Assembly: GCF_036321535.1 (NCBI RefSeq)
Contig: NC_087436.1
Coordinates: forward strand, 117,740,001 to 117,804,000
From: Camelus dromedarius
Lineage: Eukaryota
Direction of reading: 5' to 3'
DNA: 64,000 nt
In this document: positions 12,140-22,640 of the stretch, in pieces
Layout of the letters: each line of letters opens with the position of its first letter
Position numbering within the stretch: position 1 is the stretch's first letter
The notes under the pieces: generated by a model
Seen by the model: only the letters and a program-made list of their open reading frames with translations
What the model was told of the DNA's origin: nothing
Databases searched by the model: none
Translations under genes and position numbers: made by a program

Positions 12140-12215
12140 CCTTCTCACAGCAGGCAAGAGCTCCATTTTACAGGTGAGGAAGCTGAGGCCCAGAGAGGCC
12201 CACACCTGGGCCACA
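12140..12215 (-). mobile_element. MIR core
   Basis: ccattttacaggtgaggaagctgaggcccagagagg. Confidence 0.7.
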
Positions 12216-12432
12216 CCTGGGCTCTGGCGCTCTGCCCCCTGCCCGACCCGTTCAGCTAGAGTTTACCTATATTTGCATGTATGGAGGCTAGGCGGTGACG
12301 TCCTGAGGCCAGGGGTTGAGGTGGGGGGGGTTGCTGGTTTGTGAAATGGAGACAGAAGCCCCAATGTAAAAAGCCTGAACATTCCCAGGTTATTTTGTAT
12401 TAAAAACTAACATTCAAGTTTGTTTTTCCTAA

Positions 12433-12964
12433 TGAGACAGGAGGGAAGGGGACAGGGCACAACCATGAAAAGAATGACACAGCCTTTGAGGACAGGTTAA
12501 CTGGTCAGAACCAAGATGGTGGAAGAGTCAACTCACAGTGGAATGGGAGCCTCATTAAACGCTCATTGTAATACATTAGCATACGAAGTGACACACCCAC
12601 AGGTGCCAAGGCCGACCATGACGTCAAAAAGTGGGTGGGGCCCAATTCCTGGGAATCCCCACCTCTTCCTCAAAATAGCCGGACTAGTCCTTCCACTTGT
12701 TAGCCTGTGAAATTACCGAGCCCATAAAAATTAACAACCCTGCACCTGGTGGCCTCCCACCTCTCCCCCTCTCGCCTGCAGAGGGGCCCGCACTCTGTCT
12801 ATGGAGTGTGCATCTCTGAATAAATCTGTCTTCACTCCACCGTGACTCGCTCTTGAATTCTTTCCTGTGTGAAGGCAAGGACCCTCGCTTGATGGGGCGA
12901 GTCCCAAGGACTTGCCCGAGCCCTGGGGCATGGCCATCCTTTGGCGTCCCATTTTCCTGCAACA
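12433..12964 (+). mobile_element. MER41-like ERV1 solo LTR
   Basis: TG...CA termini; resembles remembered artiodactyl MER41 consensus (TGAGACAGGAGGGAAGGGG, CCAAGATGG, GCTCATTGTAATACATTAGCAT); AATAAA at 12819; TSD not preserved. Confidence 0.8.
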
Positions 12965-13369
12965 CTGTTGTTCTGGGTTTGCTTGGTTTGGGAGCTGCAG
13001 CATAACATCCTTTCCCTAATAAACTTTTCCCTTTGGAAAGGTATTTCCTTTTGAAAATGTCTGGTTGTAGCTGATCCTCCTTATCAACGTGTAAGCGGAA
13101 GCCCAAAGTCATTGTTGTGGCCACTTCTGGGGTGGATGGGGCGATGGGACGCAGGACAGCCAGCGCCTTGTGGGCACCCATGTTCACTGCGAGCTGGGAC
13201 CTCCCTAAATGGAGGGTTCCTGACTCCCACCTCCGGCTTCTTTCTCCCACCCAGACCACTTCCTTAGGTCAAAGGTAGCTCTTCTTTACAAAGGAGAACA
13301 TGGTGAGAAAATCAAACAGAAGTGGCCTTGAATGACTGTCCTCTCATTTCACAGCAGTGTACCTGTGAC

Positions 13370-13530
13370 ACGTCACTTACTGGGTGTGGGCCTCAGTTTC
13401 CCCATCTGTAAAATGGGGGTAGCACTACGCTTTTATTGAGTTGTTTTGAGGATTGAACAACACAAGCAGCACCAGTGGGCCTATGACAAGCGCCCGGTTC
13501 ACAGCAACAATAGGGAAATTATTACTGCCG
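13370..13530 (+). mobile_element. MIR
   Basis: gggcctcagtttccccatctgtaaaatgggg. Confidence 0.75.
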
Positions 13531-13859
13531 ATCAAAGCAACTCTCCTGCACCTGCAGGGAGCAGGGACGCTAAGTCCCCAGCTGAACGGCCTTGGCCTCT
13601 ACATTTAATAAAATCTCTGTCCCAAGGCCTGTGTCCAGGATTAGCAGTCACATTTAGGAGCTGTAGACACAAATGCCAACTGGGGCCAGAGAACAAGGGC
13701 CAGGGAGTGAGGCTGGACGGGGCCGATGGCCTGTCGAAGGGGACGGTCGCCGCCAGCTGCAGCCCGGAGGGAATGAGCCCAGGGAGGCACAACTTCTGGT
13801 TTTAAAGAGGACATGGAAATTTGGATTTCCGCTTGCCATCTCCCGATTTTTAAAAATTA

Positions 13860-14207
13860 GCCGCTGCATGAGTGGCTGAAACAACAGAAATGTATTCTCT
13901 CACAGTTCCAGGGGCTGAAGGCCCACGAGCAAGGTGTCGGCAGCAGTGATTTCTCCTGAGTCCCCTCGCCTGGCGTAGATGGCACCTTCCCCCTGGCCCC
14001 TCGCGTGAGCTGTCCTCTGCTTGTCTCCATGTCCCCCTCTCCTCTCACGTGGCCACCAGTCAGATTGGATCAGTGCCCACCCCAGTGACCTTATCAAACC
14101 TTAAATGTCTCTTTAAACACCCTACCTTCAAATACAGTCACATTTGAGGTGTTGAGAGTGAGGACACCCACATATGACTTCGGGGAGGGACACGACAGCC
14201 ACTAACA
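13860..14207 (-). mobile_element. MLT1A-like LTR
   Basis: aaacaacagaaatgtattctctcacagttc...caaatacagtcacatttgagg. Confidence 0.8.
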
Positions 14208-15409
14208 CACGTGATTTTGGATGCCTGGCCTGAGCCGCACACCAGGATCTGCGGCTCCTGTCTGAGACGGCTTCCTGGGGACGTGTCCTTCTGGGTCCTG
14301 AGGTCCAGACACAGAAAATCAATTCCTGGTGTGCTTTTCCTCCTGTCAATGTCCCACTTTCTCCTAGAAGTCACGGCCTGGTGGGCTGAAGGCGCTGCCT
14401 GCCGGCTCCTGCTCTGGGTGGGGTTAGGAGGGCTGCCTTTCCTCTCTCCGCTGCCGCCGGGTCCTTATCCCATGCACGGGGTTGGGGGGCCTTGATGGAG
14501 GCCGCCTCCCGCCTCCCGCCCCGGGCTGCTTCATATCTGTGCCTGGCTCTCCCATCATCACCCGTCTGACTCCACAGCCTCAGGTCCTCTGAAACAATCC
14601 TGCTGGATCTTAGGGACCTCGTAGCTGGAAAAGTTCCTGTAAATCAGCCATTTACTGCCCACCTCTCCCTGGAAGCATCAGGAGAATGAAGCCTACTTAT
14701 CTCTTCCCAGAGGATCAGCGGCGGGGGTGGGGGTGGGGTGTGTCAGGGAGCCGGGAGGCCGTTGCTCCAGAGGCTCTGCAATCCCTAAGCGGAGAGGAGG
14801 CTGAGGCCAACATATTCCTAGTTACCCTCCGTCCCAGATGACTTCCTCCGTGGTTTGGCAAGCATCCTTCCTCACCTTCGGTTCTGTGCACAGGGATGTA
14901 CATGCACACGCAAATCCCCCTTTACAAAGCAGGAACGAGACCATACATGTGACGCCACACAGATTGAAGTAGGCCTGAGCCTACACGGCAAGCTGCAGCC
15001 TTGGGGTTCGAACCCAGCAGTCAGCCTCCAGAACCCCAACGTTTAACCACTTATTATGCTGCTTCCCACCTGCGGTTTGGGGCTTTTTTTTTTTTCCAGT
15101 AAATGATTTATCAGGACTCTCTGTGCTCACCCACATCAATACCGCCATTCCTAATGGTTGATACCATTTTATACTGCGTGAGATCTTAAATGCTGATGTT
15201 CCAGCTGGGAAATTGGCACCTGGCTTCCCCAGGAGTTGGGGGTCAGAGACCTGACATTGCCTGCAGCCAGCTCTCGTTGATCTGCCAGCCCATGGTCTGG
15301 GTCATGGGGGGTTGCTTGAAGTGGTATTTCATCCCATGGTTTTCCTGAATTCACCCTGATTCTTCCTCTCACTAATTCTCACCCTCCGACAACTCCCATT
15401 TCCCTGAGG

Positions 15410-15885
15410 GAAAAAGCAAGGCCATAGAGCCTGACCTGACATGGGCCTCATTAACTTCTGGCCTCTTCTCCCTCAACTCCCCTGTGCTGACTGTCCAGCC
15501 CCACTGGCCTCCACTGCGCCTATCACACCAGCCACAGGGCCTTTGCACTGGCTGTTCCCTGTGCCAGGAATATACTTCCTTTGAACATCTGCACAGCTAA
15601 CTCCCTTCCCTCCTTCAAATCCTTGCTCAGCTCATCTCCTGTCAGGACTACCTTATATTGACAGTATGGCTTCCCCCTGCCCCTTTGGGAGGCACTGTCC
15701 CTGTTTCCCCTCAGCACCTGCTCCCCTAACTTATTATCTGACTCCCTTACTATGTCTACTGATGATCTGTCTCCCTCCACTAGAATGCAGTCTCCACTGG
15801 GACAGAGATTTTTGCATGTTGTTTGCCCAAAACAATGCCTGGCCAGAATAGAAAGTCAGTTTAAATTTACTGGATGAATGAATAA
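15410..15885 (+). mobile_element. L2 3' end
   Basis: cagggcctttgcactggctgttccctgtgccaggaat...ctccactagaatgcag...gatgaatgaat. Confidence 0.8.
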
Positions 15886-16208
15886 GTGTAAACAACAGTC
15901 ATTTTTCCAAAACTCTAGGGGCCCCAGAGCTCATGTAAGTCCCTACCCCATGGTAGAATTTCTACCCCCAGTTCCCAGTAGGAAACAAAATGCACACACA
16001 CAAACATGCATAATCCCTTAACACACCGGGTTCCACACAAAGATCTGTACGGGAAGCCCGGAGCACACTGTCCGACGCGTAGCCGGTGCTCAGCATGTAC
16101 GGGTTCCTCTTTCCCTTTCACGGGAGATGTGTCTCTGAGCATCTGGTGGATGCAGCTTCTCAGGAAGGATGACCCAAGGCCCTGGAGACAAGTCAGTTCC
16201 GTGCGTAC

Positions 16209-16593
16209 TGCTATGGGCTGATCTGTGTCCCCCAAAATCCGCATGTTGACACTTTAACTCCTAGGACCTCAGAATGTGACTGCATTTCGAGATAGTGTCT
16301 TTAAAGAGCTAATTAGGGTAAAATGAGGTCTCACGGGTGGGCCCAATCCAACGGGACTGGTGTCCTTACGAGAAGAGGAGTTGAGGACACAGAGGCGCAC
16401 AAAGGGGTGACCACGTGAGGACACAGGGAGGAGATGGGCATCTACACACCAAAGAGAGAGGCCTCAGAAGGTACCAACACTGCTGACATCTTGATCTCGG
16501 ACTTCCACCTCCAGAACTGTGAGAACGTAAGTCCCTCTTGTTTGCGTGGCCCGGGTCTTGAATTTGGTTATGGTAGCCAAGCTGTCGCATACA
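16209..16593 (+). mobile_element. MLT1A/B-like solo LTR
   Basis: tgctatgggctgatctgtgtcccccaaaat...ggacttccacctccagaactgtgaga...cataca. Confidence 0.85.
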
Positions 16594-16949
16594 CACCCCA
16601 CACATGAGTGGGCTGATCTCCCACTTTATGGATGAAGACCCCGAGGCTCAGGGAGCTGCGGAAGCTGCTCTGTATCCCACGGCGGGCCTCCAAGCCCACC
16701 TCCCGCTTCCAAAAACATGTCCTTTGCACTGTACAAGGCATTGCTGGAGCTAAGACCTGCTGCAGAAGGGGCAGAAAGATAGCCTTTGCTGGGAAGCTGG
16801 ACCAGGGGAATAGTCCACGCTGCTTCCCAAGTCCCGCCTCCTCAGAGCGCCCTCCTCCCTCCCAGAGCGGAAGTTTCCACTCACTGGGGAGGGAGCCTTC
16901 TCTCTGGTGTTGAGGAGGGGCTGGGGCTCCTCCCTGCGCCCTGGCTCCG

Positions 16950-17480
16950 CAAAAAACGTGCCTGGTGCTGGCCCTGAAGCCAGCGCTCTGGAGAGCAGCC
17001 ACAGGAATAAATCCTGACGATGTTTATCCTGGGAATTCCAGGTTTAATTTATGGCCTCTCCAAACAGCAGCGGCTCACCAGCCATCAGGTCATTACAAGA
17101 ACAGCGTCTCCAGGTCCCGGAGAGTAAATACCTGCCGTCAGCTGAGCCTGGAGAGGGAGGGCTGCTTAGGGGTGGGGGCGGGGCGGGGCCTGCGAGGCTC
17201 CCAATACCTTCCAGCCCCTCCAGAAGACCTCAGGCCCTTCTTATCAACTTCCAACTGAGATGAGATTTAAACCGAGTCAGCCCCCAGGACGGCCTCGGGC
17301 CCTGAATTTATTGACAGCAATTTGTAGGGCTGAGGAGAACCCCTACAAACAATCCCAATTAGAAGGAACTTGTTAGATAAAGATGCACAAAGAGCCAGGC
17401 TGAGGCACCGCCCTGAGCCACCATTGCGGCAAACCCAGCTAGATTCCTGGGGAAATTCTCCAGAGGGCACTTACCTGGGG
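16950..17480. promoter_or_regulatory. Candidate enhancer/alternative promoter
   Basis: Unique sequence with clustered FOX, CDX/HOX, GATA, MEIS, kB-like and GC-box motifs. Confidence 0.4.
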
Positions 17481-17789
17481 CAAAAAACAATGGTGTTTTC
17501 AAGAAGTTAGCAGCTCAGGAGTTTCACAGGGATTCCCGGAGGAGGGGACTGGAAGGGGCAGACAGACCTGGATGTGAGCCCTGGTTCCCCACATACTCGT
17601 GTAGGACTGTGGGCAGGGCATGTAACCTTTGGCCGTGACTCTGAGTGCTCAGGGTCGGGGATGGGTCTTACATGGACAGGGAGTGCCAGGAACATAGTAG
17701 ATTCTCATACTGGCAAGCCCCTCTGTCCTGGTTCAGCTATCTTCCTAGAACCCTCATCCTTCCACCCTCCGAGTGAAAGTGGTCATTAA

Positions 17790-18225
17790 TTGATTAATTG
17801 ATGCATTCATTCATCTACCTTTCAATGCACTGATTTATTCAGCAAAAGTTCACTGTGTGCCTGCCCTGTGCTGGCGCTGGATTAGGCTGTGGGCAATGTT
17901 CCATGTATTGGGCTCTTTATTTATCATTTGCATGCTGCCCTGAGTCCAGCGAGGTCATTACAGACAGGGGCGAAGATGTAGTGGAGCGGGAGCCAACAGA
18001 TGTTCGAGTTTTTTCATCCGCAGCATGGGGATGGCACCGGGCACGCAGTAGGCGCACAGCTTCCTTTGGCCATGTTTATGACGTTTATTGTCATTTGTTC
18101 CTCTTAGAACGTAAGTGCCATGAGAGCAAGGATTTTGTCTGTTTTGTTCACGAAGGTGTCCCCAGAACCCAGAGCAGTGCTGGCACAGTAGGCGTCAGTA
18201 AGTATTTGCAGAATTAATGAGTAAT
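17790..18225. mobile_element. Two L2 3' fragments in opposite orientation
   Basis: cattcattcat...attcagcaaa (minus) and gtaagtgccatgagagcaagg...tggcacagtaggcgtcagtaag (plus). Confidence 0.65.
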
Positions 18226-18536
18226 TTTAATAATAACTAATGGGCAACTTTCCGGAATAAAATGTTTGTGTCTGGTCCTCTCATTTAAAACATTTCCCGG
18301 AACAACTGTTCTTCATCCTAACCTAGTATAAAAAGCCCCCTTGGCTATTTCAATAATGTATTTAGTTCTGAAAAGCCCTTAATTGACACTGCCTCTTCCC
18401 TGAGCACTTTTCCTTCGACTTTCTTTAAATGTCCTGCCTGGCTTGTTCACCCCAGGAAAAGGAATCTGTATTTTTCACTCTCTGAGGTCTGTTGAAGTGC
18501 TCACTAAAGCATCTCTTGTCAGGAGACCAGCCGGGA

Positions 18537-18609
18537 CCACACCCATCCTCCTTCCAGACCACGCCCACATCCTTCAGGTCACGCCCACCACCGTCACTGC
18601 CACGCCCAC
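18537..18609 (+). repeat. Degenerate ~21-bp tandem repeat, 4 x CCAC(G/A)CCCA
   Basis: Cores start at 18537, 18559, 18579, 18600. Confidence 0.6.
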
Positions 18610-19284
18610 CTCATCTTCCACTCACTGGCTCCCACTCTCCTGCGTGCGCTTTTGGAAGTTTCCTTTCTGGTTGCCGCTAATGTATTTCTCTGCATACACC
18701 ATCCTGATGTCAATTTAGACCAAGTTCCCTCACCACTAAGTAAATCTGAAAATGACTTTGCTCCAGGGGAGAGAAGATTACCCTTACTTCTTGCTCCTAT
18801 CCAATCGCCTAACTCCACCCACCAGAACACGTGAATGCTGTGGGAAATTTGGAGAGAACATAAACACATACAAAGTCAAAAAGCTATCCATCATCCCACT
18901 ACTCAGAGGGCTGGAAGTCATGTTTTGGCCAATTTCTTTATAGTCGTCTCTCTAGCTATTTTTTTTCTTCATGAGCTTATTAATAATTTACATATACAAT
19001 TTTGTGTTCTGTTTTTATAATATAAAAATGATCTTACATATTATCCATTTCTTTAAAACAATTTCGTAAATCTCATTTTTAATGGATGCATGATAATCTT
19101 TCACATAGATGTACCATCATTTCTCAACCAGTCCTCAATTTCTGGACATTTAGTTTGTTCCCAGTAAATAATCGGGTGGTGAACATAACTGCATATAATT
19201 TTTTGCCTGCCTTTTACTGTATTTCCTAAGGATTGATGGCTCTAAGTAGCTTTACTGTGGGTCAGAGAGCATCAATCTTTTTAT

Positions 19285-20660
19285 TTTTTAATTGTGGGGA
19301 AATATAGATCAACATGAAAGTTAAATCATTTTAATTGTTTTTTTTAAGTGTACATACAGTTCAGTGGCATTAAGGCAATTCACATTGTTATGCAACCATC
19401 ACCATCACTGAGAACTTTTTCATCTTCCCAAACAGAAACTCTGTCCATTAAATACTGATGCCCATTACCCCCTACCCTACTCCTGGCAATCAGCCGCTCT
19501 ACTTTCTGTCTCTATAGATTTGACTACTCTGGTATCTCATGTAAGTAGAATCATATAGCGTTTGTCCTTTTGTGCTGGCTTACTTCACTTAGCATAGTGT
19601 CCTCAAAGTTCATCCATGTTGTAGCACGTACCAGAATTTCCTTCCTTTTATGTGGAGAAAAGAGAACATGTGTACACTGTGGGCAGGAATGTAAATTGCT
19701 ATAGCCATTATGGAAGACAGTATGGAAACTGCTCAAAATATTGAAAATAGAACTATCGTAAGACCCAGCAATCCTACTTCTAGGTATAGATCTGAAACAA
19801 AAGCAGTGATTATCAGATCTCTGCACCCCCATTTCAATGCAGAATTATTCACAGTAGCCAACATGTGGAAACAACTTAATGTCCATTGATGGATGAATGG
19901 ATAAAGAAAACATATGTACACACACGCTGGAATAATATTCAGCCACAAAAAAGAAGGAAATTCTGCTGTTTGCATTAAGGTGGATGAAACTGGAGAGCAT
20001 TATGCTAAGTGAATCAAGCCAGGCAGAGAAAGACAGATACCGTATGGTATCACTTATATATGGAATCCGGGGGGGAAAAAAAGAGTTAAGCTTACAGAAA
20101 CAGAGTGTTGAATGGTGGTTACCAGGGGCTGGGGAGGGGGGAGGTGTGTGTGTGGGAAAGATGGGGAGATGCTGGTCAAAAGGTAAAAAGTAGCCATGTG
20201 ACGTGAGGATTTGTTAATTAAATTGAGATGTATACATATCAAATCATCACTTTAAATATGTACAGTGTTCTTTGTCAAATATACTTCAATAAAGCTGGAA
20301 AAACAAAACAAGACAGAAACCAAAGCCATGCCCTTGGCACAACAAGGAATGAAAAGGGCACATGGGTGACGCTCTACCAATCCAGCACATTCATGGAAGA
20401 ACAGTTCTCTCTCAGCTGCTCTGTGTTCCCACAGGGAGGATCCGCGGTCAGCATTAGATCGGCAGCAAGTCTGATCAATATTATTCTGTTTTTAGTTGAA
20501 CTATTAAAAATCGTTTAAAAAAAGAACTTCCTTCCCTTTTAAGGCTGAATTTTCCATTGTATGTATGGACCACATTTTGCTTCTCCGTCGGCCGTTTGGG
20601 CTGCTTCCCCCTCTTGGCTACTGTAGCGCCAGTGTAAACGTTGTGCACCAATCTTTTCAA
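19285..20660 (-). mobile_element. L1MB-like 3' region, split by a later L1 insertion
   Basis: cacattgttatgcaaccatcacc...catccatgttgtagca...ttcctttta resumes as aggctgaat...ccattgtatgtat at 20542. Confidence 0.8.
19651..20522 (+). mobile_element. 5'-truncated L1 (L1MA-like) with probable 3' transduction
   Basis: ORF2 end and 3'UTR, AATAAA 20288, A-rich tail, ~190 bp extra sequence, ATTAAA 20503, second A run, ~18-bp TSD. Confidence 0.8.
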
Positions 20661-20849
20661 TATTCTCCACAAGCTTTACATCTGGAAATGCTGTACCAGT
20701 TTATATGTCCACTAGCAGTGGACATAGAGTCCCTGTTTTACTATATTCAGTGCTTGATGGCAATTTTTAAAGTAAAAGATCTGTGAATGTTGAAGAGGGA
20801 CTGCTATAATGAACTTACATATAAAAATGGGAAAAGGCTTATTCTGTTT

Positions 20850-21029
20850 ACCCACCTATCCACTCATCCCCATACCCACCCACCTGTATATCCACCCATC
20901 CACCTGTTCACCTGTCTACCTACCCTCTCACCTGTCTACTTGTCTATCCACCCATCTATCCATCCATGCATCTACCAACCCACTCACCTATCCATCCATC
21001 CATCCATCCATCCATCCATCCATCCATCC
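20850..21029 (+). repeat. (CCAT)n simple repeat
   Basis: Pure TCCA run 20991-21029 with degenerate copies upstream. Confidence 0.9.
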
Positions 21030-21918
21030 GTCTTGTTATTTCCTGTTCTGAATTCCTGGGAGCTATTCCCATATTTGTTTCCAATAACAAACCAATGCCA
21101 GAATACAAAGATAAGGGTATCTAAGGATCTGTTTCTCTCTGCCTTTTATTCTGCCAGGGCTATCTGAGTTGGCTATTATTAGTTCTAAGCCATCACCCAG
21201 CTCCCTACCCCTGGCCCCTGGTCTCACTGAAATTCTCCACCGAACCTTTTCAGTGGAGAGTAAACTCCCCTCTCTCCACTCACCGCTCAGTCTCCACCGT
21301 GTTACGGAAGCATGTTCGATTGTCAAAACGGAGTATCAGTTTCACCAACGTGCAGCCTCTACTTTCACTCTTTACCAAGCAGGTGGGTTGGTGAGGCGGC
21401 TGCCTGTGACTCTGGGGTGGCTCTTAGTGGGAGTGTTTTTCTGCAGAGGATTCCCTAAGCTCTGAGATATCTCCCCCAGCAGATAGCATCTTGGGCCTGG
21501 AGCTAAGCGAGTTAGGAGGTATTTACGATGATTTAAAGCTAATTGTACATCATGCTGTGTTCCCACTGAGCCCTGGAATTTGTCAGGGGAGGTCTGGGGG
21601 TTTGTGTTTGCATCATAATGTAAACACAAATGAGAGGTGTATCGAATGGGAGCATTTCTATGAAAAAACAGAAAACAGCCATATTATTTGTTGGTCTATT
21701 GATTCTCTAGAAATCACCCTAAAATAGACACAGAAAGAGAGGGTTTCTCAAATAAATAGAATACATAAATTGAGGAGGAAAAAAACATTTTAGAATTAGG
21801 TCTAACTGACATCTTAAAGAAGTCAGAGATTAAAAAAAAAAGTCAGAGATGACAAGCGGACTCCAAAGTTGGCTTAACACATAATTTTAAAAATTAATTT
21901 AAAAATTAATTTAAAATT

Positions 21919-22097
21919 TATAGCACAGGGAAATATATTCAGTATCTTGTAGTAGCTTATGGTGAAAAAGAATATGAAAATGAATATATGTATGTTCATG
22001 TATGACTGAAGCATTGTGCTGTACACCAGAAACTGACACAACATTATAAATTGACTATACCTCAATTAAAAAATCAATTAAAAAATTTAAAAAACTA
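21919..22097 (+). mobile_element. Camelid-type L1 3' tail
   Basis: tatagcacagggaaatatattcag...gctgtacaccagaaactgacacaacattataa...A-rich end. Confidence 0.85.
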
Positions 22098-22249
22098 GAC
22101 TCTCAGCTAAAAACAAAATGAAGAGTTTACTGTCATAGAGGTGATGTCCACATTAAAAAGCAGGCAATATCAAAGATGGATGGAAGCTGTGGTCCAGCTC
22201 GTGGATCCCAGGTTCCCTCAGGTGGTCCTTCTAAGCGGGGGGCCAGGGG

Positions 22250-22640
22250 CTTGCAGACTCGGGTGGGTCTGGCCGCCACCTTTTATAGTAGCTCCACCAC
22301 TTCCCCAGTTGTTTACTTTGAGGGCAAATTTTTCGGTATCCGTCCAACGGGCACTTTAGAGAGAAGCCTTTTCATAAAACTGAGCTCCGGACTAAGCCAA
22401 AAACACCATTCTGTGGGCAGAGACTCAGCCTGGGAAACAGTAGCCGTGTGTGTCCGCGCTCAAACCTTCAGGCTTCAAACTGCCACGGGGAGTCCGCGCC
22501 ACCACCTCCCCTTCCCGAGAGGCCGCGCATCCGCGCGTCCGGGAGGCTGGCAGCGGCGTGCTCCTCTCTGAGGAACAGCCCTGCTGCCTGTACCGCTCCC
22601 TTTCCTAAATACACGGTTGTCGTCGCGATTTCCTAGGGCT
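22250..22640 (-). promoter_or_regulatory. Candidate TATA promoter with small CpG cluster
   Basis: Minus-strand TATAAAAG 22287-22280, TGTTTACTTTG 22310, TCATAAAA 22372, roughly 20 CpG in 22440-22640. Confidence 0.45.

Noticed and set aside
18299..18312. GGAACA-AC-TGTTCT as a glucocorticoid/androgen response element
   Set aside because: Spacer is 2 bp rather than the canonical 3 bp.
18537..18609. CRISPR-like repeat-spacer pattern
   Set aside because: 10-bp cores with ~11-bp spacers in mammalian DNA, no cas genes.
20787..21167. His/Pro/Ser-rich ORFs (also 32958-33376)
   Set aside because: Translations of (CCAT)n repeats.
4587..21930. L1 piece ending TATAGCACAGG (4597) and L1 tail starting TATAGCACAGG (~21919) as halves of one split element
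   Set aside because: The 17 kb between them is ordinary ancient sequence, and the 21.9 kb tail has its own approximate A/T-rich TSD. Coincidence is more likely, though synteny was not checked.
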